The notes under the pieces: model-generated
Seen by the model: the letters and a program-made list of their open reading frames with translations, nothing else
The model's database searches: none
Told to the model about the DNA's origin: nothing
Translations under genes and position numbers: made by a program
Source of the DNA: Gammaproteobacteria bacterium
GTDB lineage: Bacteria > Pseudomonadota > Gammaproteobacteria > Arenicellales > Poriferihabitantaceae
Length of the DNA stretch: 64,000 nucleotides
NCBI GenBank assembly: GCA_030590945.1
Contig: JAUVBY010000001.1
Location: 167 to 64,166 of the forward strand
Reading direction: 5' to 3'
In this document: piece after piece, positions 43,214-52,543 of the stretch
How the letters are laid out: every line of letters starts with the position of its first letter
Position numbering within the stretch: position 1 is the first letter of the stretch

Positions 43214-44205
43214 GGCTTACCTCCAGTAGTGATTCGGGTTCGATTATGCGGGGCCAGCCAGTCCTGGTCAGGCCCCAGGGGTACGATACCAAAAGGGTTG
43301 AGCGAGAGGTGGCTGGCATAGTAGTGTCGCTTGATGTGTGCCAAATTCACCGTCCTGGCAATATCCGCATGCTGATACAGTTCCAGCATATAATGGTAGA
43401 GAGCGTCATATTCTTTTAGCTGTCGGATATTACATTTGAAGTGAGTATGGTAAACCGCATCAAAGCGAATCAGGGTGGTGAACAATCGCCAATCGGCTTC
43501 GGTGATTTGATTACCTGCTAGATAACGTTGATGGCTCAACCGTTGTTCCATGGCATCCAGTGTAGAAAATAGTGTACCGCAGTTTTTCTCATAGGCCTGC
43601 TGAGTGGTGGCAAAACCGGTTTTGTATACGCCGTTGTTAATGAAACGATATACCTGCGTATTTATTTCATCGATCTCGTCGCGTAATCGCTCAGGATAAA
43701 AATCCAGGGTGTTGCCGGTAATGTCATTGAAGGCCGTATTGAACATACGAATGATCTCAGATGATTCATTGTTCACAATGCGTTTCTGCAGCTTATCCCA
43801 CAACACCGGCACCGTGATGTTGCCAGCATATACGGATGAGCTTTGTGCGTAGCATTCGCTCAAATAGTCGCTGGCATACAGCGTATCACCGGTGGTGCCG
43901 TAGAGTCTGGCCGTCTCGCTGGTGTGCGTAAAGGACCAGCCTTTCTCTAACATGTCAGGATGAACCACACTTACCGAAACCAACTCCTCCAGTCCCTTGA
44001 GCTTGCGAAAAATAAGTGTGCGATGCGCCCAGGGGCAAGCCAGCGAGACGTAAAGGTGGTAACGGCCTGCTTGTGCCTCAAAACCAGGTTCACCGCTTGG
44101 GCCTGCTCTACCATCAACCGTTACCCAATGGCGAAATTCTGAGTCTTTACGCTGGTATTCGCCTTTGTTTATGCTGGTTTTCCAGCTGGAAGTTACGCTT
44201 TGCAT
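43210..44205 (-). CDS. yqjG: Glutathionyl-hydroquinone reductase (Xi-class GST, YqjG-like)
   Basis: 331 aa with the motif YHLYVSLACPWAHRTLI (CPWA active site). It overlaps the pirin gene start by 4 nt. Confidence 0.85.
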   Translation of the reverse strand: MQSVTSSWKTSINKGEYQRKDSEFRHWVTVDGRAGPSGEPGFEAQAGRYHLYVSLACPWAHRTLIFRKLKGLEELVSVSVVHPDMLEKGWSFTHTSETARLYGTTGDTLYASDYLSECYAQSSSVYAGNITVPVLWDKLQKRIVNNESSEIIRMFNTAFNDITGNTLDFYPERLRDEIDEINTQVYRFINNGVYKTGFATTQQAYEKNCGTLFSTLDAMEQRLSHQRYLAGNQITEADWRLFTTLIRFDAVYHTHFKCNIRQLKEYDALYHYMLELYQHADIARTVNLAHIKRHYYASHLSLNPFGIVPLGPDQDWLAPHNRTRITTGGKP

Positions 44206-44234
44206 GGGGTGGTCGCTTCTATTAAATTGTTGAT

Positions 44235-44630
44235 CTATGCTGTCGTAAGCTTGTTATCCAGGCTGATTTTTCCAGCGCCGGTAGACGCTAATACCAGGAA
44301 GCTACCTGCCAGCGCTATATTTTTCATGAACAATATCATTTGCATCTGATCATCGGGCTGGTAGTGAAAAATAAAGGCTGATACTGCACAGAATCCGGCT
44401 AATGCCAGGGCGGTCCAGCGCATCTTAAAACCAATGATAAGTGCAATGCCGCCGCCAATCTCAAGCAGGATGACCAGGGGAAGAAGGCCTCCGGGTATGC
44501 CCATCGCTTCCATATATCCTTGCGTGCCAGCATAAGCGCCAATTTTTTGTATTCCGGCGGGTAAAAATAAACTCGCCAGTAAAAGCCGACCGATCAGGTT
44601 GAATAGATTGTTTGTGGTCTGGTTAAACAT
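44235..44630 (-). CDS. DoxX-family membrane protein
   Basis: 131 aa from the ATG at 44630 (GAGGA upstream) with four TM segments. The 16-aa N-terminal extension in the tracked ORF is unlikely. Confidence 0.75.
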   Translation of the reverse strand: MFNQTTNNLFNLIGRLLLASLFLPAGIQKIGAYAGTQGYMEAMGIPGGLLPLVILLEIGGGIALIIGFKMRWTALALAGFCAVSAFIFHYQPDDQMQMILFMKNIALAGSFLVLASTGAGKISLDNKLTTA

Positions 44631-44764
44631 AGTTTTTCCTCGTTGTTTAGGTGGATGTTCAGTGCATTTATCAGGCAAATCTGGATAGAAGACACTTTAC
44701 AACATCAAGTATACGTGCAATATATAGAATGAATACTGAAATATATGGCATTAATCATTCGAAT

Positions 44765-45655
44765 ATGACGAACATTAAATTGGAGCAAATCAACGCCTTT
44801 GTGGCTGTATCTGAATATGGAGGCGTGAATGCGGCGGCAGAGAAGCTGTTTAAAAGCCCCTCTACTATCAGCCATGCGTTGAATAGATTGCAAGAGGCTT
44901 TGGGTCTAGCCCTGTTTGAGCAACAGGGGCGCCGGTTACACCTGACAGAACAAGGATCCACTTTGCTCAAGCAAGCCAGGGTTCTGCTTGATGAGAAGCA
45001 AACTTTGTTGAATATCGCGCAACATCTGCAACAGGACCATCGCGGTGAAATTGCGCTCGCGGTGGATGCCATTTTCCCGCATGGTCTATTATTAGACGCC
45101 TTGCAGGAATTTGCTGCCCGGTTCCCGCTTTGCCAGATTAAATTGCATGAAGGCGTATTGTCGGGTTCAGAAGAGCAATTGCTTAATGGTCAGGCGGATA
45201 TTTGTGTTGCGTACCGAGTTCCGCAGGGCTTTCTGGGGGAGCGGCTTATCGAAATTCCCTTTGTGCCGGTCGTCCATGCCGGTCATCCCCTGGCTCATGA
45301 ATCGTCTATTTCTTCTCGCACCCTAATGGCGCAGCGGCAGGTTGTCATCAGTGATTCGGGTAGCCAGGACAAGGTTGATTCGGGCTGGTTAAAAGCGACA
45401 CAACGCTGGAGCGTCTCCAGCATGCATACGGCGATTGAGATTATTAACAGCGGCATGGCCTTTGGGTGGGTTCCCCTGCATTTGATAAACAGGGAAATTA
45501 ACTCTGGAGAATTAATTCAATTACAACTCAAATCAGGCGGAGAAAAATCGGGATCCCTGTTTATAACCCTGGCAGATGAGTCCTGTGCGATGTCTCAGGC
45601 CCTGGCGGGGATGTTGAAATCCAGGATTACGGCCATTCCTTCACAGGCAGGCTGA
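44765..45655 (+). CDS. LysR-family transcriptional regulator
   Basis: 296 aa from the ATG at 44765 (MTNIKLEQINAFVAVSEYGG..). The wHTH reads FKSPSTISHALNRLQEALGLALFEQ. It is divergent from doxX-yqjG-pirin. The tracked GTG start at 44651 is probably too far upstream. Confidence 0.8.
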   Translation: MTNIKLEQINAFVAVSEYGGVNAAAEKLFKSPSTISHALNRLQEALGLALFEQQGRRLHLTEQGSTLLKQARVLLDEKQTLLNIAQHLQQDHRGEIALAVDAIFPHGLLLDALQEFAARFPLCQIKLHEGVLSGSEEQLLNGQADICVAYRVPQGFLGERLIEIPFVPVVHAGHPLAHESSISSRTLMAQRQVVISDSGSQDKVDSGWLKATQRWSVSSMHTAIEIINSGMAFGWVPLHLINREINSGELIQLQLKSGGEKSGSLFITLADESCAMSQALAGMLKSRITAIPSQAG

Positions 45656-45698
45656 ATCCTCTCAATAAAGAGGAGAGTGGTGCCTTATGTGCGATGCT

Positions 45699-45914
45699 TT
45701 AATTACGCGGCATGTAAGCCGCAACAAGCAGCGACAGACCAATCGCTCCGAACAACAGGGGATGGGTTGTCAGAGTATGTAATATCCCGCTCAAAGTATC
45801 GTGCTGCATGTGGCTATGGCCGGTATGGGCGAGCACGCCTGATGAAAACAGTGCGGTGGCTGCCGTAATCGAAAGGGTGCCTAAGGTTTTTTTCCAGACG
45901 TTTTTGTAGATCAT
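45699..45914 (-). CDS. Small His-rich membrane protein resembling the N-terminus of HupE/UreJ nickel transporters
   Basis: 71 aa from the ATG at 45914. It has a signal-like segment ending ..GVLA|HTGHSHMQHD, then SGILHTLTTHP, and one TM helix. Full-length HupE/UreJ proteins are much longer (recall), so it may be a truncated remnant. Confidence 0.35.
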   Translation of the reverse strand: MIYKNVWKKTLGTLSITAATALFSSGVLAHTGHSHMQHDTLSGILHTLTTHPLLFGAIGLSLLVAAYMPRN

Positions 45915-45924
45915 AATAAACTCG

Positions 45925-47646
45925 CTATTTAATTTTGACTTTGACCAGTTCTTCACCTTCCGGATCGGTCACGTGCACCGCGCAGGCGATGCAGGGGTCG
46001 AAACTATGGATGGTGCGAAGGATCTCGATGGGCTGTTTTGGATCGTACAGGGTATGGTTATCCTCCAGTGCTGCCTCGTAAGCCCCTGGAACACCTGCCG
46101 GATCACGCGGACCGGCGTTCCAGGTACTTGGAACCACGGCCTGGTAGTTATCTATTTTCCTGTCTTTGATCACGATGTAGTGCGCAAGGCCTCCGCGCGG
46201 GGCTTCCATAATACCTACACCACGGGCTTCAGCGGGCCATGAAGAGGGGTCCCACTGTTTTTCATTGAAAGTTTTGGTATCACCCGCCTTAATGTTGGCA
46301 ACCAGATTGTCGAACCAGCCCTGCATGTTATCCGCAATAATCTTGGTTTCCAGAGTGCGCGCAGCTGTTCGTCCCAGGGTTGAAAACAACGCGGTGACTG
46401 GAACATCCAGGGTGCGTAATGTCATGTCGACCAATTCTTTGGTTTGCTCGTGCCCTTTGGCATACAGCATTAATACACGCGCCAGCGGACCGACTTCCAT
46501 GGAGTGGCCTTTCCAGCGGGGTGATTTCAGCCAGGAATAGGATTGCTCGACGTCCAGATGTTCGTAAGGGGGTTTGGGGCCGGTATAATTAAGGTTAGTT
46601 TCACCGTCATAAGGGTGCAAACCTTTTTCTTTGCCGCCGCTGTAGTCATACCATGAGTGTGCGACATATTCCTGAATCTGATCGGCGGCATTCATATCGA
46701 TATCGTGAATCGTGGACAGGTCACGATTGAGGATAACACCGCTGGGGATTAGGAAACTGGAGGGGTCGTCCATGCCTTTTTCCGGGAAATCCCCAAAAGT
46801 CATGAAATTGCCCAGGCCTTCTCCGCGCGTGGTCCAGTCTTTGTAAAAACCCGCGATAGCCAGGGTGTCAGGTACGTAGACCTGATCTACGAAAGTTTTC
46901 ATTTCGCTGATGATTCCCTGTACCTGTGCCAGGCGTTTGGCATTGATCGCTGAATCCGAATTGAGATCGATCGGGCTGGGTACGCCGCCCACAACAAAAT
47001 TGGGGTGTGGATTTTTGCCGCCGAATATAGCGTGCAATTTGGCTACGTCGCGTTGCCAGGCTAAGGCTTCAAGATAGTGCGAGACCGCCATCAGGTTGGC
47101 TTCAGCAGGAAGTTTGTAAGCCGGGTGCCCCCAATAGGCTTTGGCAAAAATACCCAGTTGTCCTGATTCAACAAAGCCCTTGAGTTTTTTCTTCATGTCG
47201 GCGAAATAGCCAGGGGAAGATTTAGGGTAGGAACTGATAGATTGTGCCAGCTCCGAGGTGGCTTTAGGGTCTGCGTCCAGAGCGGAAACGACGTCCACCC
47301 AGTCCAGTGCATGCAGGTGATAAAAGTGCATGACGTGATCATGTACGTATTGCGCGCCGATCATAAGGTTACGGATTAACTGGGCATTCGGCGGAATGCT
47401 GTAATTCAGTGCGTTCTCCACAGAGCGCACCGAGGCAATACCATGCACCAGCGTGCACACGCCGCAGATCCGCTGCGCAAAGGCCCAGGCATCACGTGGG
47501 TCACGGCCCTTGAGGATGGTCTCGATGCCGCGCACCATGGTGCCGGCAGAATAGGCCTGGGCAATTTTATTCCCTTCCATTTGCGCTTCGATGCGCAGGT
47601 GGCCTTCGATACGGGTGATCGGATCAACGACGACGCGTTTGCTCAT
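45925..47646 (-). CDS. hynL: [NiFe] hydrogenase large subunit (group 1, Isp-type)
   Basis: 573 aa. The N-terminal motif is RIEGHLRIE ... RICGVCT. The C-terminal motif is DPCIACAVH, followed by a 17-aa extension that serves as the maturation-protease substrate. Confidence 0.93.
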   Translation of the reverse strand: MSKRVVVDPITRIEGHLRIEAQMEGNKIAQAYSAGTMVRGIETILKGRDPRDAWAFAQRICGVCTLVHGIASVRSVENALNYSIPPNAQLIRNLMIGAQYVHDHVMHFYHLHALDWVDVVSALDADPKATSELAQSISSYPKSSPGYFADMKKKLKGFVESGQLGIFAKAYWGHPAYKLPAEANLMAVSHYLEALAWQRDVAKLHAIFGGKNPHPNFVVGGVPSPIDLNSDSAINAKRLAQVQGIISEMKTFVDQVYVPDTLAIAGFYKDWTTRGEGLGNFMTFGDFPEKGMDDPSSFLIPSGVILNRDLSTIHDIDMNAADQIQEYVAHSWYDYSGGKEKGLHPYDGETNLNYTGPKPPYEHLDVEQSYSWLKSPRWKGHSMEVGPLARVLMLYAKGHEQTKELVDMTLRTLDVPVTALFSTLGRTAARTLETKIIADNMQGWFDNLVANIKAGDTKTFNEKQWDPSSWPAEARGVGIMEAPRGGLAHYIVIKDRKIDNYQAVVPSTWNAGPRDPAGVPGAYEAALEDNHTLYDPKQPIEILRTIHSFDPCIACAVHVTDPEGEELVKVKIK

Positions 47647-48107
47647 GATAGACCTCGCTTGCTTAAGAAATTGTTAAGAATTTGATATTGCGCTTCTCGT
47701 TCACCGGTTTCGCTGCCGTCATCGGTATCGATTGACCAGGCGGTTCTGGCCATGCGCGCTGAGGTAGCAGCCTGTAGTGCAGGGCCGGCTTTTTTATATC
47801 CTTCCGGCATTAACGCGGCTTCGCAGGCGCGTGCGACAAAATACGCAGCCTGGGCTTTCCAGTCTCCTTCCGAGCCGCAACGTGTATGGCTTTCGATGGC
47901 GGCGGCTTTGACGGTTTTGAAACTGGCGGCCAGTTCAGATGGGGTCGCACCGGGGTCGGATGCCACGCCCACATTGTTGGCGATTCGACTATCGTCCGTC
48001 AGTTCAAGCACGTGCTCGGTAAATTGCGCGGCTAACTGGCGCTGTAAATTGCCATCCAGCGTTCCAGCCACTTCTCTGAATTGAGTTTCATTATTAATCG
48101 TGGTCAT
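47643..48107 (-). CDS. Hypothetical acidic, Ala-rich protein inserted between isp2 and hynL
   Basis: 154 aa with no motif I recognise. Its stop overlaps the hynL ATG (ATGA) and its start lies 2 nt after the isp2 stop, so it is translationally embedded in the operon. Confidence 0.55.
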   Translation of the reverse strand: MTTINNETQFREVAGTLDGNLQRQLAAQFTEHVLELTDDSRIANNVGVASDPGATPSELAASFKTVKAAAIESHTRCGSEGDWKAQAAYFVARACEAALMPEGYKKAGPALQAATSARMARTAWSIDTDDGSETGEREAQYQILNNFLSKRGLS

Positions 48108-48109
48108 GC

Positions 48110-49378
48110 TTATGTCTCCACAGAATCGTCTAAATGTTCGGCCAGTGTCTCGGTCAGGCTGAGTACCGGTAATTCCATATGGTATTCCTCAAGGCCATCT
48201 TCGATATGAATTCGGCAGTTGGAACAGGCCGATACCAGCGCATCCGGATTGACTGCATCAATCTGATCTTTCTTGCGCTGAAATACCTTGATGCGTATTT
48301 CATCTGCACGCTCGTTGGAGCTGACGCCACCTCCGGCGCCACAGCACCAGTTCATGGCTCCGGCATCGGGCATCTCGACGAAATTATCAGAAAATTCCCT
48401 GATCAGCTTGCGCGGCTGCTCAAGTACCCCGCCACGGCGTGCAATCTGGCAGGGGTCGTGATATGTCAGGCGTTCGCTCATCTTGTCTTTGGTTTTAATC
48501 TTACCGGCGGCGCGCAATTCGTCCAGCACTTCCAGGATGTGCTTGACTTCAAAATCAAAGCGTTTACCAACAAGGTTGGGGCCCTCCCAGCGCAGCGCAG
48601 TATAGGCGTGTCCGCATTCCGGGCTGATGACGGTATTAACTTTCAGTTTCTCTGCGGCGTCCACGATGCGTTGCACCAGCTCTGCGGCAATCTCGGAGAC
48701 ACCAATTTGTATACCGCTGTTGGTGGCCTCAAAGGCTTCGCTTGAAAGCGTCCAGCTCACGCCTGCGTGTTTGAAAATTTTGGCAATCGCACCGATGTAT
48801 TCCGGGAAGTTCATGATTTCCATTGAAGACAGCATGCACAGATACTCCACGCCTTTCACATCCATGGGAATGCTCAGACCGGTATCTTCTTCCAGATGGC
48901 GAATCTGGGCTTGCAACGCCGGCAACTTGACCCCCATCGGGCTGCCAATTTCGACCGCGCGCCGTGTGGCGCCAACCAGGCTTTCCGGTGCGTGGCCGCT
49001 GGCCGCAAAGCCTTCACGCATTTTACGAATCATGTAGGCGATATCATTGCCGACCGGGCACACCATCGAACAGCGACCGCACATGGTACAGCTGTCGTAA
49101 ACCAGTTCTTCCCAGTCCGTCAGGTCCTGATCAGTGAGTGGTTTGCTGATTCCGGCCAGTTTGAGTAGTTTTCCCGTCAGGGTGTATTCCTGAAACCAGA
49201 CCTTACGCAGCGGTGCGAGCTTGTTGATCGGGGTATATTTTGGATCGCCGGTCTCGGTATAAAACAAACAGGCATCCGCACACATACCGCAGCTAACACA
49301 GCTACTGAAAAAAGCCGCGGTGGGTGCGTCGATCTGTTCTTTAAAAACCTGGGTGGCTCGTTCGGTTGCTTTACTCAT
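48110..49378 (-). CDS. isp2: Isp2: HdrD/DsrK-like Fe-S protein with CCG domains
   Basis: 422 aa with two ferredoxin-type clusters (CVSCGMCADAC, CTMCGRCSMVCP) and CCG-type Cys motifs (NWCCGAGGG, HDPC). Confidence 0.85.
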   Translation of the reverse strand: MSKATERATQVFKEQIDAPTAAFFSSCVSCGMCADACLFYTETGDPKYTPINKLAPLRKVWFQEYTLTGKLLKLAGISKPLTDQDLTDWEELVYDSCTMCGRCSMVCPVGNDIAYMIRKMREGFAASGHAPESLVGATRRAVEIGSPMGVKLPALQAQIRHLEEDTGLSIPMDVKGVEYLCMLSSMEIMNFPEYIGAIAKIFKHAGVSWTLSSEAFEATNSGIQIGVSEIAAELVQRIVDAAEKLKVNTVISPECGHAYTALRWEGPNLVGKRFDFEVKHILEVLDELRAAGKIKTKDKMSERLTYHDPCQIARRGGVLEQPRKLIREFSDNFVEMPDAGAMNWCCGAGGGVSSNERADEIRIKVFQRKKDQIDAVNPDALVSACSNCRIHIEDGLEEYHMELPVLSLTETLAEHLDDSVET

Positions 49379-50034
49379 GACTGGACCCCTTTGATGCCTG
49401 TCACAGCACCGTTATAAAAACGCGCCAGGAACAAGGTGAACGCATGGCTAAGTTTGGTGAATGGGATTGCGATCATCAGTAATTCGACGCTCATAATGTG
49501 CAGGGCGATTAACATCGGCCCGGAGAAACCGATTCGGTGAAACGCCATATAACCCGTGATCAGTGGCAAGGTGGTGAGCGCCCAGACAATATAGTCCATG
49601 GGCCCGGACAAATAACGCTTCACTTTATTGTTCAGGCGATTAATCAATACCGCGATCAAGGCCAGTATCGTTATTACTGCAAAGGCGTCTACGATGGTGG
49701 TCGGCAGCGCCGGCCAGCTCAGCCCGGTCAGTTTGCTGAATACGAGGATATGGGGCGCTAGCAGGAAGATCACTACGAACAGGCCTATATGAAATATATA
49801 ACCCGCCACAATGGTAAAGGTTGAGCGTTGGAAGGTTCCCGAATCCGGAACGGAACGGCTCACGATGGTGCGTAAGCCGCCCGTGGTAGCCGAGCCTTTG
49901 GGAGCTGCAAGATTTTCTTTTCGCCCCAACATCAGAATTTCGATGAGGCGCACAATTATGCCCATCACCAGAATGACGGTGGCAATTTCAAAAGCAGGGC
50001 CACGCGCCCATAATAACCATTCAGTAGCTGTCAT
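49375..50034 (-). CDS. isp1: Isp1: integral membrane b-type cytochrome-like subunit (NarI/DsrM-like)
   Basis: 219 aa with 5 TM segments and conserved His in the helices. It overlaps the isp2 start (ATGA). Confidence 0.75.
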   Translation of the reverse strand: MTATEWLLWARGPAFEIATVILVMGIIVRLIEILMLGRKENLAAPKGSATTGGLRTIVSRSVPDSGTFQRSTFTIVAGYIFHIGLFVVIFLLAPHILVFSKLTGLSWPALPTTIVDAFAVITILALIAVLINRLNNKVKRYLSGPMDYIVWALTTLPLITGYMAFHRIGFSGPMLIALHIMSVELLMIAIPFTKLSHAFTLFLARFYNGAVTGIKGVQS

Positions 50035-50047
50035 GATTGTTCCTCGT

Positions 50048-51190
50048 TTATGTCCCGGGGCTTAAATCGTCCAGGGTAGTGGTTTGATGTTCGCTCAACG
50101 CGCGTTTTTTATTCGCCTTGTTAAGCGCCCCTGCTGCGACACCCGCGGCCGCACCCGCCGCGACCGCGTACACAGCGGTTCGTGCGATATCTGTAGTTGG
50201 AGTAGACAGAGCTTCATAAAAACCACCGGCATCCCAGAATTTAGGTTCCGAGCAGCCCAGACAGGGGTGTCCCGCCTCGATCGGGAAGCTGGTTCCATCA
50301 TTCCACTTGGTTACCGCGCAGGCGTTGTAGGTAGTGGGCCCCTTGCAACCCAGTTTGTACAGGCACCAGCCTTTCCTGGCGCCTTCATCGTCGAAGGTTT
50401 CCGCGAATAAGCCCTTGTCATAGAAGGGTCGGCGATAGCAGCGATCATGAATACTCTGCCCGTAGAAAGCGACGGGACGCCCGAGTTGATCCAGTTCAGG
50501 CAGGCCGCCAAAGGTTAGAAAGTGCGCGAGTACGCCGGTGATTACCACCGGAATTGGTGGGCAACCTGGCACATTAACCACCGGCTTATCGGTAATGATC
50601 TCCTGTACGGAGACAGCGCCTGTCGGGTTTGGATCTGCGTTTGGCAGCCCGCCAAACGCCGAGCAGCTGCCCACGGCGATAATGGCTGCGGCGCCCGCGG
50701 CCGCCTCTTTGAGCATATCTTCATTACTGACACCGGCGATGGTTGAATAGCCCGGATTACCCAGGGGAATGGAGCCATCGACGACCAGCACGTAGTTGCC
50801 GTAATTTTCTTTCATCGCCTCTTCGCGTGCGGCTTCGGCAGCGTCACCGGCTGCGGCCTGCAAGGTGTGATGATAATCGAGTGAAATAGCATCAAATATC
50901 AGCCCCTCGATTGTGGGCGCGTGCGAACGTGTTAGCGACTCTGTGCAACCCGTACATTCCTGAAAAGATAACCATATCACCGATGGCCGGCGCGCGTTCT
51001 CCAGTGCTTCAGCGATGCGCGGAATCATTGTGGGAGGCAGGGCCATGAGCGAGGCTGTGGTGGCGCAGAATTTCAGAAAACCGCGCCGGCTAATGCCCTG
51101 GCGACGCAATGCTTCACCAACGGTTTCTCCTTGTGCCCCGGTGCTTTTAACTGCTGGGTTTAAGTCCATCGGGGATTTAACTGGTTCCAT
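50048..51190 (-). CDS. hynS: [NiFe] hydrogenase small subunit with a Tat signal
   Basis: The Tat motif is ISRRGFLKF and Fe-S ligands include ECTGCTES, GSCSAFGG and PGCPP. A hydrophobic C-terminal anchor is present. The ATG at 51190 has GGAGA 6 nt upstream; the tracked start at 51196 is also possible. Confidence 0.92.
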   Translation of the reverse strand: MEPVKSPMDLNPAVKSTGAQGETVGEALRRQGISRRGFLKFCATTASLMALPPTMIPRIAEALENARRPSVIWLSFQECTGCTESLTRSHAPTIEGLIFDAISLDYHHTLQAAAGDAAEAAREEAMKENYGNYVLVVDGSIPLGNPGYSTIAGVSNEDMLKEAAAGAAAIIAVGSCSAFGGLPNADPNPTGAVSVQEIITDKPVVNVPGCPPIPVVITGVLAHFLTFGGLPELDQLGRPVAFYGQSIHDRCYRRPFYDKGLFAETFDDEGARKGWCLYKLGCKGPTTYNACAVTKWNDGTSFPIEAGHPCLGCSEPKFWDAGGFYEALSTPTTDIARTAVYAVAAGAAAGVAAGALNKANKKRALSEHQTTTLDDLSPGT

Positions 51191-51623
51191 TATCATTCTC
51201 CGTAGAGGTCGTTTTTAGAGTATCGCCAAGTTGTTCGAGGCCGGCCTGAATGTCGCCTTCCTGAGCCTGCAAAATATCGGGGATCAGGGCAATTTCAATG
51301 TACTTTCCAAGTATCGTGCCGTCGGTATTGCTATGCGTAATCAGCCACACGCCGGGGTATTGAGTTTCTATGATGTCGCTACGCCCGAGTGCGTTGAGTT
51401 CAACCCTGACTTCGCCCTGGCCCAGTGCGGTTTCAATATGGGCTTCTTCACCCGGGGCCAATGGCATGCTACGCAGGTCGATGATGGTTTGTTCGCCTTT
51501 GTCCAGCAAGGCGCCGAGAGCATGGCGAACTTCATGCAGCAGGGGCGTGACGTTGCCCGTGAACTCTTCGGTTACCCTGACAGGAATGTCAAAATTGGCG
51601 GGCAGGGCATCGCCGCGATTCAT
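51177..51623 (-). CDS. hupH: HupH/HyaF-like hydrogenase expression/formation protein
   Basis: 148 aa. The pattern ..GNVTPLLHEVRHAL...IDLRSMPLAPGEEAHIETALGQGEVRV..GVWLI fits the HupH C-terminal domain family (recall). Confidence 0.6.
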   Translation of the reverse strand: MNRGDALPANFDIPVRVTEEFTGNVTPLLHEVRHALGALLDKGEQTIIDLRSMPLAPGEEAHIETALGQGEVRVELNALGRSDIIETQYPGVWLITHSNTDGTILGKYIEIALIPDILQAQEGDIQAGLEQLGDTLKTTSTENDNGTS

Positions 51624-52165
51624 GGCGAAATTTCCTCAAGATGGCTCGCAGGGAGCAATGTTTGGCCAACTGTGGGTAGTTGTTTCCAGTCTCTCAATAT
51701 TTTTTCAATTTCCTCGATGGCCTGCGGGATCGCAGCGGCAACGACAGGGCTGGGAAATTCACCCCAGTCGATTTTCTCAGCCTGAATGCCGACCAGTACG
51801 CGTGGTTCGGGCAGGCACTCAGTTAAACGGGCGATATCCAGTAAATCCAGCAGACTGACTTCATGTACGCTGCGTCTTGGCAGGCCGAGAAAACGATCCA
51901 TTTCCTCGTTGTGAAGGCAGCAGACGGTGCCGGGGGCCTGGTGGAAATTTGCTGCATCAATTACGATCAGCCGGCCGGCTTTTTCAATCCAGCTGGCGAG
52001 CGAAAAGCTCAAGGTGCCGCCATCAATATATTCAACACCGTCGATATCAGGATATTTGTCCTGCAGCGCATTTAATACATGAATGCCAATTCCCTCGTCC
52101 GAGAGCAGTGTGTTTCCAACCGCAAGTATTAAGGTATTTTTAGAACGCATTTTTATCTTTTCCAT
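51620..52165 (-). CDS. Hydrogenase maturation endopeptidase (HyaD/HupD/HynD family)
   Basis: 181 aa with the motif LILAVGNTLLSDEGIGIHV and a later His. The start may be the internal Met (MRSKN..). Confidence 0.85.
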   Translation of the reverse strand: MEKIKMRSKNTLILAVGNTLLSDEGIGIHVLNALQDKYPDIDGVEYIDGGTLSFSLASWIEKAGRLIVIDAANFHQAPGTVCCLHNEEMDRFLGLPRRSVHEVSLLDLLDIARLTECLPEPRVLVGIQAEKIDWGEFPSPVVAAAIPQAIEEIEKILRDWKQLPTVGQTLLPASHLEEISP

Positions 52166-52272
52166 ACCTTAATATATTAAGGGTTTTATGATTTTATTAT
52201 TTGACGAGCATCAAGGTTAGACGGGAAATGGTTTATTAGAATAGCTTCACCAAAAAAAAGAGGAATTAGTCT

Positions 52273-52536
52273 ATGTGCCTGGGTATCCCGATGCAGGTAA
52301 AGTCGATCGATCAGTATCAGGCGATTTGCGAGGCCAAAGGCATCGAGCGTGACGTAAGCCTGTTTATGCTACAGGATGAGGACATCAGGCCCGGTGATTT
52401 TGTGGTGGTGCATGTGGGTTACGCGATCCAGAAGATTTCTCAGCAGGAAGCACAATCAGCATGGGAAGTTTATGATCAGATGCTCGCAGCCGAAGATGCG
52501 CTGGCCGAAGAGCTGGTAGACGCTCCCGGCGCGTGA
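52273..52536 (+). CDS. hypC: Hydrogenase assembly chaperone HypC
   Basis: 87 aa beginning MCLGIPMQV. Confidence 0.92.
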   Translation: MCLGIPMQVKSIDQYQAICEAKGIERDVSLFMLQDEDIRPGDFVVVHVGYAIQKISQQEAQSAWEVYDQMLAAEDALAEELVDAPGA

Positions 52537-52543
52537 CACGCCC

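Noticed and set aside
52167-52182. Perfect 16-bp AT-rich palindrome CCTTAATATATTAAGG abutting the maturation-protease start, in the divergent hydrogenase/hyp promoter region.
   Set aside because: It does not match FNR/CRP, NtrC-type or sigma54 consensus sequences as I recall them. AT-rich palindromes arise easily by chance in promoter DNA. I note it only as a possible site.
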